The position numbers were made by a program, and so were the translations under genes. Positions 11,120 to 23,011 of a DNA stretch of 41,549 nt are shown here, piece by piece. This DNA comes from Piedraia hortae CBS 480.64 (Eukaryota), in the NCBI GenBank assembly GCA_010093745.1, contig MU006011.1:62001-103549 (forward strand), given 5' to 3'. The notes under the pieces are model-generated. The model was not told where the DNA came from. It saw only the letters and a list, made by a program, of their open reading frames with translations, and did no database searches. How positions within the stretch are numbered: the stretch's first letter is position 1; the number at the start of each line of letters is the position of its first letter.

Positions 11120-12655
11120 ATGCAGGTGCCCGAGCAAGCCAACGGCGATGCGATGGACGTGACTTACCCGGACGACTCATCAGACGAAAGCCACGTGGTT
11201 CCGGAGACGGCCAATGCTGAGATTGCGGAGATAACGGCGCGACTGCGACGCGGGGAGCCCGCTGGATGGCCTGAGCGGGGCCAAAGGTGCTCGTACTCAA
11301 GGGAGCTGGACGCGCTTGATCCATTGCGCCATCTGCGCAAGCAGTTCCTTATTCCCTCCACTGATTCGTACAACAAGACGAAATTGGAAGATACAGTGCC
11401 CGACGACTTCACGGGCAGCGAGAGCGAGGAGAGGTCGGCGACGTATCTCAGTGGGAATTCTCTTGGCGTGCAGCCGAAAGCCGTCAGACGGTACATCGAC
11501 AATCAGCTGGAGACGTGGGCGTCGATTGGAGTCCATGGCCATAGCCGCCTGATGGAGAACTCGCCGCTCATGCCGTGGCTGGATATGGCGGAACGGTGTT
11601 CGCGTCAGACGGCGCCGCTGGTGGGTGCGCAGCCTCATGAGATCATCTACATGAACTCGCTGAGCGTCAATTTGCATCTGATGATGTTTAGCTTTTACAA
11701 GCCAGAGGGCCGCAAGACTAAGATCCTGTGCGAGTGGCGTCCGTTCCCGAGCGACTTTTACGTGATTGAGTCGCAGTTGCGGATTCGTGGCATGGAGAAC
11801 ATCACAGACCATATCATTACCGTGAGGCCGGTGAATGAAGATTCGTATCTGTCGACCGCGGATATTCTGCAGAAGATTGAGGCGAACTCCGGCGAACTAG
11901 CCCTCATCCTGCTGCCGGGAGTGCAGTACTACACCGGCCAAGTGCTGGATATGGCACGCATCACGGCTTTTGCGCGGAATAGGCGTATTCCCATTGGCTG
12001 GGACCTCGCGCACGCCGTAGGCAACGTCGAGCTGTCTCTCCACGACTGGGACGTTGATTTTGCGTGCTGGTGCTCGTACAAGTACCTCAACGCCGGGCCG
12101 GGTGCCATTAGCGGAGTCTTCGTCCACGATCGCCACGGCCAGGTTCAACCAAGGTACCGGCCGCGGCTGACGGGTTGGTACGGCCACGAACGCTCCACCC
12201 GCTTCGACATGGACAACATTTTCCGTCCAACCCCCGGAGCCGCTGGTTACCAAATCTCCAATCCATCGGCAATGGACCTCGCCATCCTCTCCGCTGCGCT
12301 GACAGCCTTTGAACACACGTCCATGAAAGCCCTCCGCGACAAGTCCCTTCTCTTGACTTCGTATACGGAACATTTACTGGAGCTCACTTTGGCCAAATGC
12401 CCCCAGCCGTATCCGCCTTTTAGGATCATCACCCCCAGGGATGCCCGCGAGCGCGGCGCCCAGCTGAGTCTCCTGTTCCATCATGACTGGTTCGATGTCA
12501 CGGCTGAGTGCCTCGAGAGACATTCCATCGCCTGCGACAAGAGGAAGCCAAATGTCATCCGCGTTGCCCCCGTCGCGCTGTACAACAATTTCAAGGAGGT
12601 GGATTACTTTGTCAATGTTGTTGCTCTCGCGCTCGGCAGTAGGTTTCCGAGTTGA
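11120..12655 (+). CDS. BNA5: Kynureninase (PLP-dependent, de novo NAD pathway)
   Basis: LDALDPLRHLRKQFLIP, YLSGNSLGVQPK, PFPSD, GWDLAHAVGN, WCSYKYLNAGPG, IRVAPVALYN. Confidence 0.96.
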   Translation: MQVPEQANGDAMDVTYPDDSSDESHVVPETANAEIAEITARLRRGEPAGWPERGQRCSYSRELDALDPLRHLRKQFLIPSTDSYNKTKLEDTVPDDFTGSESEERSATYLSGNSLGVQPKAVRRYIDNQLETWASIGVHGHSRLMENSPLMPWLDMAERCSRQTAPLVGAQPHEIIYMNSLSVNLHLMMFSFYKPEGRKTKILCEWRPFPSDFYVIESQLRIRGMENITDHIITVRPVNEDSYLSTADILQKIEANSGELALILLPGVQYYTGQVLDMARITAFARNRRIPIGWDLAHAVGNVELSLHDWDVDFACWCSYKYLNAGPGAISGVFVHDRHGQVQPRYRPRLTGWYGHERSTRFDMDNIFRPTPGAAGYQISNPSAMDLAILSAALTAFEHTSMKALRDKSLLLTSYTEHLLELTLAKCPQPYPPFRIITPRDARERGAQLSLLFHHDWFDVTAECLERHSIACDKRKPNVIRVAPVALYNNFKEVDYFVNVVALALGSRFPS

Positions 12656-13396
12656 TCGTCTGTAGAATAATCATTGTGTCACCAGCTGTGAGGAGAGTCT
12701 AGTGCAACCAGGTTAAAGTCGTGTGAGCGATTGTAGATTTGTCATGGCCTGATGTTAGAAGCCAGTCGTTGGTTAGAGTGTGCCTTGACAGTCGGAAATA
12801 ATGTCTGCAACCGGCCTGGAAGGTTCGTTTCCTATGTCAAGAGTCAGAATAGAACCCGCTGTCAACACTTTGCGGCCAAGTCTCCATTCAGAAGTAAGAA
12901 TCCACCAGATCCAAGTCAGCTCCAAGATGGAGAGGTCTGCCGTCCACATACTCGAGCTTGGTCCGCAAGCAACCTCAAGGACTTACCTCCCAGACAATGC
13001 TCGTATTTGGGTAGAGACTTTTGTGTCTTTTTTAGTCATCAGACTTGTAGGAAGTACTTGGTAGCTGGAAATGTAGCAGATAGCGCAGTGATGCCAATTG
13101 AATCGGAGCCATAAAATCAAGTCATTGCTGTTAACTGCATTGGTATATCCAACCAAATTAACAAATCTCTCTGCAACAACATCAGCTTTTTTATCCATAA
13201 ACCATTCATAGATCATCCACACCATAAAGCTTTCCCAGATCCATCTCATCAAATGCTCATGCCCCCATTCCACCCCTCAAACTAATCATACATTCCCCTC
13301 TATGCGCACATATATATCATACACCAACCCTATCAACACAAAGAAGAACAAAAACAAAACAAAAACGCTCAAGGAACCATTAACGACAAAACTACC

Positions 13397-15594
13397 CTAC
13401 CCCATCTTATCCTCCAATTCGGCCGCAACATCGGGAAGAAGGTCCCTAACATCCTGTTCGGGAACGTTGAGAGCCTGGCCAAGGAGACGAGAGAACATGT
13501 CCATGTTGCCAGAGTTGGAAGCAAGTCCCGTGGCGGTGGAAACGTGCTTGAGGAGCTCTGCACGGATGCGCTCCTGGAGCTGGATGCGTGAGTTTAGAGA
13601 TGGCTGGCCTGTGGGGGTCGAGACGTTTTGAGACACTCCAGGATGGAACTGGGACATGCCTGCCTGAGACTTGCCGACCATGGGCTGGGACGTTCCGTGA
13701 TAGCCTGCAGAGGCTTCTGGAGGGTGAGAAACGCCGGTAGCGCCCTGAGTCACTTCGGAAACAACTTGTGCTTGGGCTCCGTCCTTGGGGCCGTTCTGAG
13801 CGCTCAAGCCGTGGATAGTGATGGCCTGGCGGGTGAGACAGTCCAGTTCGTCGTCGTTTTCTTGGCCAATGAGTTGGTGGAAAAGGATCTCCAGATTGCA
13901 AAGTTCCTGCTCCACGGCTTTCGCATGCTCGCCGTGAGGATCGAGGGTCAAGGCGTCGGATTCAGCCTTTTCGAGTTCGGCTTTCAGGCGCAAGAGCGCA
14001 TCGCAGCCTGCCTGCCGATGGGCGAGAGCGCGCTTGGCCTCGGTCATCTGCGCGTCAGTATTCAGAAGCTCCCTGTCCAACATGCTGGCCAAGACGCGTA
14101 GCTTTTGCGACAGGTTGGGAGCAACATTACTGGTAATGGACATTGCTGCTGCAGACAAGTAGCTGGTCGAAGTGCTGCCGGCGGCATCCGTGACGCTGGG
14201 AGCGACAGCTTCGGCGTCCGCGTCATTCGGAGATGATGAGTTCTGAAGACCCTGAGAGCGGGCGTTGAGCTGCATGATGAGCTGATCCGCGGTCTCGCCG
14301 GTGTTGCTGACCACGTCCATCGAGGCATTGCGAGCAAGAAGACTGTGCACGCACTTCCGAGCCCCGAGACGGGCTGCAATGGTCAGGGCCGTGTCATTAT
14401 GAACGTTCGGTTGGTTGATAACAGTCTCAATCACGTCCGGCGAAAAGTGCTCAATCATCTTGTTCAAGACAGCGTCCATGTAGTACGAGGCGCATTCAAA
14501 CTTGTTCCTGGTCTCGGCGATGCCGGCAACGTGATGAAGCACCGTGTTGCCAAAGTAGTCTTGGCGACAAACTGTGCTGATAAAGATTTCAACCAACGAC
14601 TCCATGTTCTGCTTGTCATAGCTGTTTAGGAACTGCACAGCGCGCATCAAAGGCGACTGACCGACGTAGCTGATCACATCCACTGACGCCCCCAATTCGA
14701 TAAGTTCACGCACAACCTCCAGATCGGCCATGGCCGCAGACCAGTGCAGGATGGTGTGGCCAGAGTTGTCAATGATGCGGTTGTGATTCGCATTTATCGG
14801 TGGCGATGGGCGAATTGGCGGATATTCAACGCTGGAACTGATCATGAAGAAATCCAGAAGATCGTCAGCCCAGCGCTGGTAGGTCCGCGCTTCCTCCAAT
14901 GGACTGAGATTCTGATTCTGGGCCTGGTAATGCATTTCCGAACCCATCGTCGCCGTCTCGTACTGATCTCCGGCCATGCTAGGGGCAGCGGAGCTATACT
15001 CGGACATTGGCGGAATCGACGGCGCACTCGGAGCACGTGTGGCCTTGCGCTGACTGTTGCGCGGAGCGCGGGGCTTGCTGCCGCCCGAGGCCGCATGCTT
15101 CGGGGCCGGTGGGGGCGTATGGGTGCCCGGGACGTAGTCGAAAATGAGAGAGATTTTATCGAGGACACCGTTTTTGGCGGCCAAGTCGCGCGCGGAGTCG
15201 AGTGGGATCCACGTTCCTACTGCTCGTCAGTCGCCTTCAATCAGAATTCTCAGCACGACGCACCCTGGAACTTTCCGTATCCCCCCTGGATCTTCTCATG
15301 AATACCCTTCTGCACCTCGCGCTCGAGGATGCGGGTACGTGCAGGCTTATCGTATGCTGCCACCTTCAGGATATGGGTCGCATTGATCCTGACCGGTTAG
15401 TCGACCTCTTGCGACCAGAATCGACCTACCAGTCGTCGTTGCGACGGCGCATAACGACCTCCCCGTCTACGTGGATCTCGTATACCGGTACCTGACTCGT
15501 TAGCATTCCCATCGTCTGCCTGCTCCAAAACACGCGCACTCACATTGCTGTACGTACCCGTGTACACACCGGCATCGATGCTGCGGTGTGCCAT
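13397..15594 (-). CDS. MBP1: MBF/SBF cell-cycle transcription factor (APSES/KilA-N plus ankyrin repeats)
   Basis: Removing introns 15492-15543, 15389-15429, 15217-15263 gives [59 protein letters not shown]; ankyrins [27 protein letters not shown]. Confidence 0.92.
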
Positions 15595-15612
15595 GGTAGT
15601 TGTCCTGAAGAA

Positions 15613-15661
15613 ACGCGTAGGAAAAGATACTTGACGCGACAAAGTGCATGCGTTAGCGCGA
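15613..15661. promoter_or_regulatory. Cluster of MCB/SCB-like CGCG sites upstream of the MBP1-like ATG
   Basis: ACGCGT 15613-15618, ACGCGA 15634-15639, CGCGA 15657-15661. Confidence 0.35.
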
Positions 15662-15807
15662 GAATGTGACAACGCCCCACGATCGGTAAGTGACTGGGGT
15701 GCCGCGGGCCGCTCGGGCCGAGACCCTCTTCGCGCCACTGAGACAGCGCTAATCCTAATCTGGCTGACACTGGCAGCGAGGCAATCTGGACTGGACAAAT
15801 GTACATT

Positions 15808-16193
15808 TTAATTGCTCCTCTGACCTCCCTTAGCCGCTCGAATCTCGTCCATTCGCCGAACCCTCTCTAAAAATTCCTCGTACTGACACTTTTCATAGCT
15901 ATGTCGCTCATCCTACAGTCATCAGCACATCTTCCACCGAATTGTTCCGCATCCTACCTTGCATCGCCAGTTGAGGTAGTAGTTATCGTAACGACATTTA
16001 TTGAGCGGGATGAGCAAATGGGCGCATGAATCTCGGTAAGCCATTGGTAGTCGCGCATCTGCCATGTGGGCGCGACTTGCTGCGCCTTGTGAGCCAACAT
16101 TCATTACAGCAATGATTAAATCATACTGCTGTGACTATTGTCCGAACCAACCATCTCTTTGCCAGCCTCGATGAGCTCCTTGACCAACTCCAT
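15808..16193 (-). CDS. NDUFB7: NADH:ubiquinone oxidoreductase B18 subunit
   Basis: Introns 16086-16126 and 15913-15957; MADARLPMAYRDSCAHLLIPLNKCRYDNYYLNWRCKDERHSYEKCQYEEF (twin Cx9C). Confidence 0.93.
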
Positions 16194-16643
16194 GTTGTTT
16201 TGCGGATCGTTCGTTATGAAGTGAGGTCGATGTCGCAACGCGGAGAAACACGGAACGGGGCGGCCCGAGCCTTCTGCCAAGAGTATTCGTGACTGACACA
16301 CAACTTGTAAGAACGTGCACCAATCTAAGAACTGGATAGGCCTTGCACGACTAATGCTACTGAATGCGCTGTTATCATTTCCTTTAACGAACGTCACGCG
16401 GCGGGTTAGCAGGTCACATGGGTCATTTCAGTGAACTGTACTACCGTAACTATTCAATTCTTTTGGTGCGCGGTGTGACAAGACCCCACCCGAGTCAAGT
16501 TCAACTAAATAGTTAAAAACACACTGACTTTTGTTTCTTTTACCCTTTTACTCTTCCATCTTCTTCACGCCTCAACAACCACTTTACTAACCAAACGGCA
16601 AGCAACTACCAACCTTGCAGCAAACATCTACCCAGCCTCCAGC

Positions 16644-18008
16644 ATGACTGAGGCTGCCACAATGGAGATACACAATCATACAAGAGTATCGTCGGCCAGT
16701 TCGAACGCAGGCAGCGCTTCTGCGGGTACTTCGGTGTGCGTTATTTGCGCCTCCGATATTACCCACTACAGCGTTGGCATCTGCAACCACCGTACATGTC
16801 ACGTCTGCGCTTTGCGCTTGCGCACGCTGTACGAGAACAAGACGTGCGCGTATTGCCGCATGGAGACTGAAGTTCTCATCTTTACAAAGGACGCTTCGAA
16901 AAAGTTTGAAGACTACATCACGGCCGACATTTACCAGACCGATAACAACCTTGGCATTTGCTACGAGAACGTCGGAGCTTACATCAGCACAACTCAACTC
17001 CTCCGCTTCAAATGTCCGCATGCCAACTGCGAGGCTGCCTGCAAGGGATGGAAGGAGCTGGCGAGACACGTGCAGAGCGTGCACAAGAAGAAGCTGTGCG
17101 AACTGTGCACAAAGCACAAAAAAGTCTTTGTTCATGAGCATGAACTCTTCACTGACGCCGAATTGCAAGAGCACAGATGCTACGGCGACGACAAACCGCG
17201 CGGCACCGCTGACGAAAAAGGTTTCCAGGGGCATCCTTTTTGCAAGTTCTGCAGTTGCCGCTTCTACGACGACCAAGCCCTCTTCAACCATTGTCGTGAA
17301 CACCACGACATATGTCCTTTGTGTAAAGAGTGTCCGGTGGCCAAAGACCCGGTCTACCTCATTGACTCCGCCGCGCTAGAACGCCACTTTCGCGAAGATC
17401 ACTGGCCCTGCCAGGAACAGCCATGCATTGAGAAACGCTTCATCGCCTTCGGCACAGAAGATGACCTTCGCAAGCACGAGGCGGAAGAACATGGCGAAAT
17501 CCCCAAACGTCGCTCCACGAAGCGTGCTGACAGGCCCAAAATCGACATTCACGAACCCATTGCCGAGGCGCGTGCTCGCTTCCGCCCCATTGGCTATCGA
17601 CCCGACGTCGATCGATTTCCAGAGTGGCTCCCACGTCACACTCCCGCCGAGCTGGCTGAATGGGGCGACCGTGAAGATCCCACCCAGCACGATACTTTTG
17701 TCCCTTTTATACCTCCGAAGCTCCCCACCTCCATGTCCCGCCGTCTGCCACCTCCTTGCGTGGACGACCTGCAGCCCGGGAAGAAGACGTACGCGGAATC
17801 CTTCCCCGCCCTTCCGGGTGCTCCGAGTGTTGTAATGCCTGCTTCCCGGGTCGGGCAGAAGAGTCCCGTAATCTACAAGCCGGCGGAGAAGCCCGTGCAG
17901 TCGGTGTGGAAGACGCCGAACAAGGAAGCTCCCCAGCCGGAACCTCATCTCCAACCCCAGAAGATCAGGGGCCGCAAGGCCAAACAAGTCAAGCTGCAGT
18001 GGGGTTAA
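16644..18008 (+). CDS. HEL2: RING/C2H2 E3 ubiquitin ligase, Hel2/ZNF598-like
   Basis: CVICA..CNHRTCHVCALRLRTLY..CAYCR RING; GFQGHPFCKFC..FYDD..LFNHCREHH; several C2H2-like fingers; ESFPALP. Confidence 0.85.
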   Translation: MTEAATMEIHNHTRVSSASSNAGSASAGTSVCVICASDITHYSVGICNHRTCHVCALRLRTLYENKTCAYCRMETEVLIFTKDASKKFEDYITADIYQTDNNLGICYENVGAYISTTQLLRFKCPHANCEAACKGWKELARHVQSVHKKKLCELCTKHKKVFVHEHELFTDAELQEHRCYGDDKPRGTADEKGFQGHPFCKFCSCRFYDDQALFNHCREHHDICPLCKECPVAKDPVYLIDSAALERHFREDHWPCQEQPCIEKRFIAFGTEDDLRKHEAEEHGEIPKRRSTKRADRPKIDIHEPIAEARARFRPIGYRPDVDRFPEWLPRHTPAELAEWGDREDPTQHDTFVPFIPPKLPTSMSRRLPPPCVDDLQPGKKTYAESFPALPGAPSVVMPASRVGQKSPVIYKPAEKPVQSVWKTPNKEAPQPEPHLQPQKIRGRKAKQVKLQWG

Positions 18009-18471
18009 TTTAGCTTCTAGAGCAAACTGTCTTCATGACGTGTGATTGACCTCCCCTGTAGTAGACTGTTGACAATGAAGGAAATAAGACGTAATGCCCT
18101 CGATATTTATTTTATGTCACGCAGAAGAACAAAGTATGAACAATGCAGACAGACCTGCAGCTGATCCACATGCACACTTTCTATCTAGATACGCTCACAT
18201 TGAAGGCCGCAAGCCAACGACCTCCCATCTCTCTCAATGTAGGTACACAACGCCGTCAGATGGATTCGATGCCCTTACCTCCTCTCTGCCATAACCGAGT
18301 CATTCATGACCTTTCCCGTCACCCATCGTCATTCCATTTCTCAACTCCACTACACTATCCATCCGCAACCCCACGGCGATCGAACCGCTACAAACACACA
18401 ACTTCCCTCCCCCCCCNNNNNNNNNNNNNNNNNNNNNTCTGCGACCGTCTTCCTCAAACAACACACCCTCC

Positions 18472-18509
18472 TAAAAAAAAAAAAGAAAAAAGAAAAAAAA
18501 AAAAGAAAA
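18472..18509 (+). repeat. A-rich tract near poly-C run and assembly gap (18417-18437)
   Basis: Direct reading. Confidence 0.7.
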
Positions 18510-18513
18510 TCTC

Positions 18514-19072
18514 CCTACAGATCAGTACCCATTCCCCCAATCCACTTCCAGCGAGCCACCTCCTCATGTGCATCATCCCATCGATTGAACTCCTCGGGAT
18601 CAAACACAGCATATTCCAAAGTCGGCCGTCCGATGATCATCTTACGATTAACGTCCGAGAAGCTGGTACCCCAAACAACTAGAGCTAGCTAAACCCTGCA
18701 TCACGCAGGGCCCGAGTACCTACTTGACATACCCACGCAAGCGACTTAAGGTGTATCGCGGATCGCGGTGCCTCAGATATCCGCTGCAAGGTACTTGATG
18801 CTCTTCTTTCACCTCTCTCCGAAGTTGTGAGGAAGCCGGCACGTCGCGTGGAGTGGTAGAAACAAGCTTCGCTGGTAAACTCTATGTGCGACTTCACCTT
18901 AAAAGTGGGATGGGAGATCTGTGCGGAGTTGTGCAATGTGATGGTGGGGAGTATCAAGGCTGTAGAGCAAGGGATTGCTGTACTTGTTAAGAACGGCTGG
19001 GGTGAAGTGTTGACAAAAATACAAACTGTGCTCGACAACCACACGCTGAAGACTGGGCTGGGATTTGGGCAT
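18514..19072 (-). pseudogene. Possible decayed gene of unknown family
   Basis: Protein-like frames broken by stops (LRTDLPSHF*GEVAHRVYQRSLF; RKMIIGRPTLEYAVFDPEEFNRWDDAHEEVARWKWIGG); no family recognised. Confidence 0.25.
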
Positions 19073-20525
19073 GCTGTGTGGCTTCGTTTGTTATGCTCAT
19101 TTTGGGGGCAAGGTTGTATATGAGTTACTGCGCGCGATGGTGTCGTTCATTTTGCGCTGTCGAGATTTAGCGGTGACCAAGGAAACAGTTGCTTGAGAGA
19201 TGCATATGGATATTTCTCGGTCCAAGACCCTTGTCAGCCGTATTTGACGTTAGAACATTCAAGGTCGCTCACCACACGTTGCGAAAGGACTGTTCTCCCA
19301 TTCATTTGCGATTCGACCTGGGATTATTCCTCTCATTACCCTCTGTGACGCACTGCCGGAGCCCCATGTGCTTAAGCCTCCCCTCGCCAAAATATCACAA
19401 TATATCAGGGCTGTCGTCGGGAGCACTGTCCATCGATTCGTCCTCACTGCAGGCAAGCAGCTCTGCGGAATTTGATGCCCCTCGTCGGGAGGTCATCAAC
19501 CAACGGAAGACTCAGCGTTGGATACCTGAAGGCGGTCCTATCGCATAGATCCAGGCACAGCTGTAGAAAGTGCTTGGTCTGGATCTATGTGTGCCGCAGA
19601 GAACTGCTTTTCCAGAAAAAGGATATCCAGAGGGCCATGTGGAATGTATTTGCGGTCTTTCGCTCTTGTTCAATGGAAACATGGCTGGACGCAACAAATT
19701 GATTGAATATTGCAAGTGTGTATGCCCTGTGGAGGGTTGAAAGCGGCGACATTTCGCTGGGTTTGTTTGGCTGCAGCTTTCTTTGGCCGCGAGTGATGGC
19801 ACGGGGATTAACTCCATTGATCGAGACTCTTCCAGACAGAAGTGACATCAGGATTGAGAGCGGCAAAACTTGAGGTTGTGTTTCCAATATGAAGATCAAG
19901 AAGAGAAGAGTGACTGCAATAAATCTTGCCCACAGAGCTGAGAGGAGAGCTTTGAAGCTGACATTACAATCTTGATCGACCATCGACAAGCCTCAAAAAT
20001 TCTCAAGTGGATATGCTCCTGTCCTGCATGTCAGCAGAGCACATTTCCACAGCAGCTTGTTATTCTCTGTGCAAGAACATCCGCACTTGACCACAATCCT
20101 TGAGGCTCGGTTGTTGGACAAGAACAGTTTTGCGATGTATGACAGCTTGTGCGACAATGGAGTAGCTGTGTCATAAACATGACATCGCCCGGCCTAGACC
20201 CGCAAATGCTCATGGAGGCTTGAGTCCAGGGGGTTTGGAGTTCTTGTATAAAGTGCCGAGGTCTGCTGGAGGGGATACCAAAGCCATTTCTTCCAGGACG
20301 TAACAAAAAGCACCATCAGTGGTACTACTACTGCGGATTACATTCTGTTCGAAACAATGGAAGCTTTAATCTTTCGCACTGCTCAAGCAGTCTGAAACTC
20401 TATGCTGGTGCAATCTCTGAGCGTCGGAAAAGAACGGCTCATAAGATCAGCGATCTAAAAGATCGCCTTGCATACAACACCACATAATGCCGCATGTTCT
20501 AATAAGCAGCGGCACCTCACAGGTG

Positions 20526-21870
20526 TGTCAGTATATACGCGTATCTAGGACTACACAAGAAAATTTCTGAGTACTCGAACCCTGGTCAGGGATGTGGGTC
20601 ATCACCTGCGGATCGCTCCGTGGCGACCTGCACAACAGCGCAGAACTTTATGAAACACCGCAAAGAACCAGGCAGCCCAAGAGCAAGCACTAGGCGAACG
20701 TGACCTCTACAATATGATAGCGATACAAGTGCAGACAAACCCAAACAACAAGACACTCGTCTACAAGCTGCTACAACACGAGCATTGATGGGACCACCAT
20801 ACTGACCCACAAGAAGCACGACTCAGTTGACAGGATCGTTGACACTGGGATGAACTGAGCGGCGGTAACGCTAGGCTGGGGAAAGGAATCGGCGATGATC
20901 TACTCAGTTTACGTACCCCCATGCAGCGAGAGCGCCCGGCCGACTCTTCATTGATCGACGCAGGACACCCAGATCTCGTCATGACGGTTGAAGTCTGTGC
21001 ACTCAGAATGGTCCGCCTTGAATACATGGTTCGATAGAGATACGGCGTCCTAAACCATCTGGATGATCATATCACTTCTCACCCTCGGCACTCTTGTCTT
21101 GACCGAGATCAGCGAGTACCGTTATAGTGGGCGATCTCATCCTGCGCCACCCCATGGCATGAAAGGATATCCCATGATGTCCTTTCATGCCATGAAGGAA
21201 TGGAAAAAGAGCATTTCGACCTGCTCCTCAGTTATTTTGATCCCTTGGAAACCATGGTGCGACGCCCGGACGACATCAATTGGCCGCTCCGCTCATAGCG
21301 TCCTCACCAAGCGTCAAGATTCTGTGTGAGGAATTTTGCTATGATGAGTAGGATACGCCATCCTCCGACAGATGTTGGAACGATTGCATATCGCTACTCA
21401 CTTCCCCGAGACAACGGCCGGAAGCAAATGGCGTGCTATTGAGACATGGGACCGGACCGTGTCGCCTTGTTGACATGCGTGGCTTTTGGATAAATTGAAG
21501 GCCAGCTTCGGCAATCCAGATCCGAGGGGTATGGCACGGGTGGCTCAGAACGTGAGAGCATGAAAGCGCACTGTCGGGAAGAACACTCGCGTCGCGGCGG
21601 AGGCAAGAAGCCATGTGGAAAGTCATCGACTACCAAATCCCTTGGGTTCACGTCGAGCATGGGATATCGCATTGTGCGGCTGCTAGAAGTCAGAGTACGA
21701 TGCAGGGGTGCCAAGTCCAAAGAGAGCGGAGATGCTGTGGACGATGAAATTTTTGAAGCCTTCGGGCAGCAGTGCAGCGACGTTCACGCGGGTACAGAGC
21801 TTTCTAGGCTTCGTTAACTATTATCAGCGATTTATCATCGGCTCTCTATCAGCCAAGTGAGACCGGCGAG
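20526..21870 (+). mobile_element. Heavily deleted Ty3/Gypsy remnant with probable LTR 20526-20807
   Basis: Inverted termini TGTCAGTAT/ATACTGAC; gag-like IAYRYSL..LLDKLKASFGNPDPRG (similar to 40454-40768); RT-thumb motif VQSFLGFVNYYQRFI at ~21792-21836. Confidence 0.75.
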
Positions 21871-23011
21871 GAACAAGTTGCGTTCGGACCATGGATTCTT
21901 ACGCTGTGGGCTGTGCTGGACGAGGCTCGGTCAAGGCGACATGACATGAAGTACGTCGTCCTTGGGAGGTTACCATTCCAGAAGAGAGTAACCTAAAGAA
22001 CAAAGCCTTTTTCTCTTGGAGAGACGATCTAATATGCTGTCATGTATCGGCCACTTGGTCGTGGATACGAGCCATGCGCACCCTTGGAGGGCGCCTTGAG
22101 TCAGATTCCTTGTTTGTCTCACCACCAGCGGTGGTGCATTTATTCATAGCCCAGCTGCTGCACAGCTTTCGTGTTGTAGCTTTCCCATTCAGTTCAGCTT
22201 TTCACCCAGCGTCTCACACTAGATATATCTGGGGACTGTCAGGCGACGCTGGATAAAAGCAAGTTCGATTTTAAGGTCTGTGCTGTGTCGACAGCATACC
22301 AACTACGTTGGACTTGATGGAAAGGTCATTGGGATAAAGATGGGGAAGATTGGGAGGTAAGACAATGGATAATGTATTCGCACTGTATTCAGTTGTTTCT
22401 TGATGCCACTATCTCGTTGCTGCGAAACAAAACTCTGCAGATTGACGCCAGGATGTCCGCTGCCATTTTTTAACGAAAGGACTTATCGTTTCCATGAAGG
22501 TAATGTAAGACCCTCGCGCCCACAGGATTTCTCGTCATTCCACGACGTCGTGTACCGCCTCGTTCTGCCTCGCACGCATTTGGCAGAAGTGAAGTCGAGT
22601 TTCCTACAGGGTATAGCGCGCGTAAACGGCCCGACTGACGGTCCGAGATTGTTCCAAATGAAACGCCGAGCGGTCATCCGATTTGCCTTTTGTACCTGCC
22701 CCGTAGGCTTACACTAACTTCGACCAGAAACCATCTAGAATTCACAGCAACCAATAAAAAACTTCTCAATCTGTGAGCTGCGCAGCTGATTATGCAGCGA
22801 ACTTTTGCTTGTTCTCGAACATCAACAACAATCCCACCATCCAAGAAACGGCGTAATTTTACCTGGAAAGAAGCCTAGCGCTAAAATCCCACACATCAAT
22901 TTAAACTTCGGCGTGGCTTAAACCCCGCGCGGGCCCCGCGTTATCCCGGTTGTTCACTCGGTTTTCAGCTTGGCGTCGAGGCTGCAGTCGCAAGGCCCAA
23001 GCTGAGCGACA

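Noticed and set aside
12755..12845. tRNA/SINE-like A and B boxes (TTGGTTAGAG, GGTTCGTTTCC)
   Set aside because: B box lacks the invariant A and no cloverleaf forms
12900..13273. Methyltransferase-like VLEVACGP on the minus strand
   Set aside because: Single short motif after a stop with no supporting downstream motifs
22923..22940. Two CreA-like SYGGRG sites upstream of the MFS gene
   Set aside because: Short degenerate motif expected by chance; unsupported without conservation data
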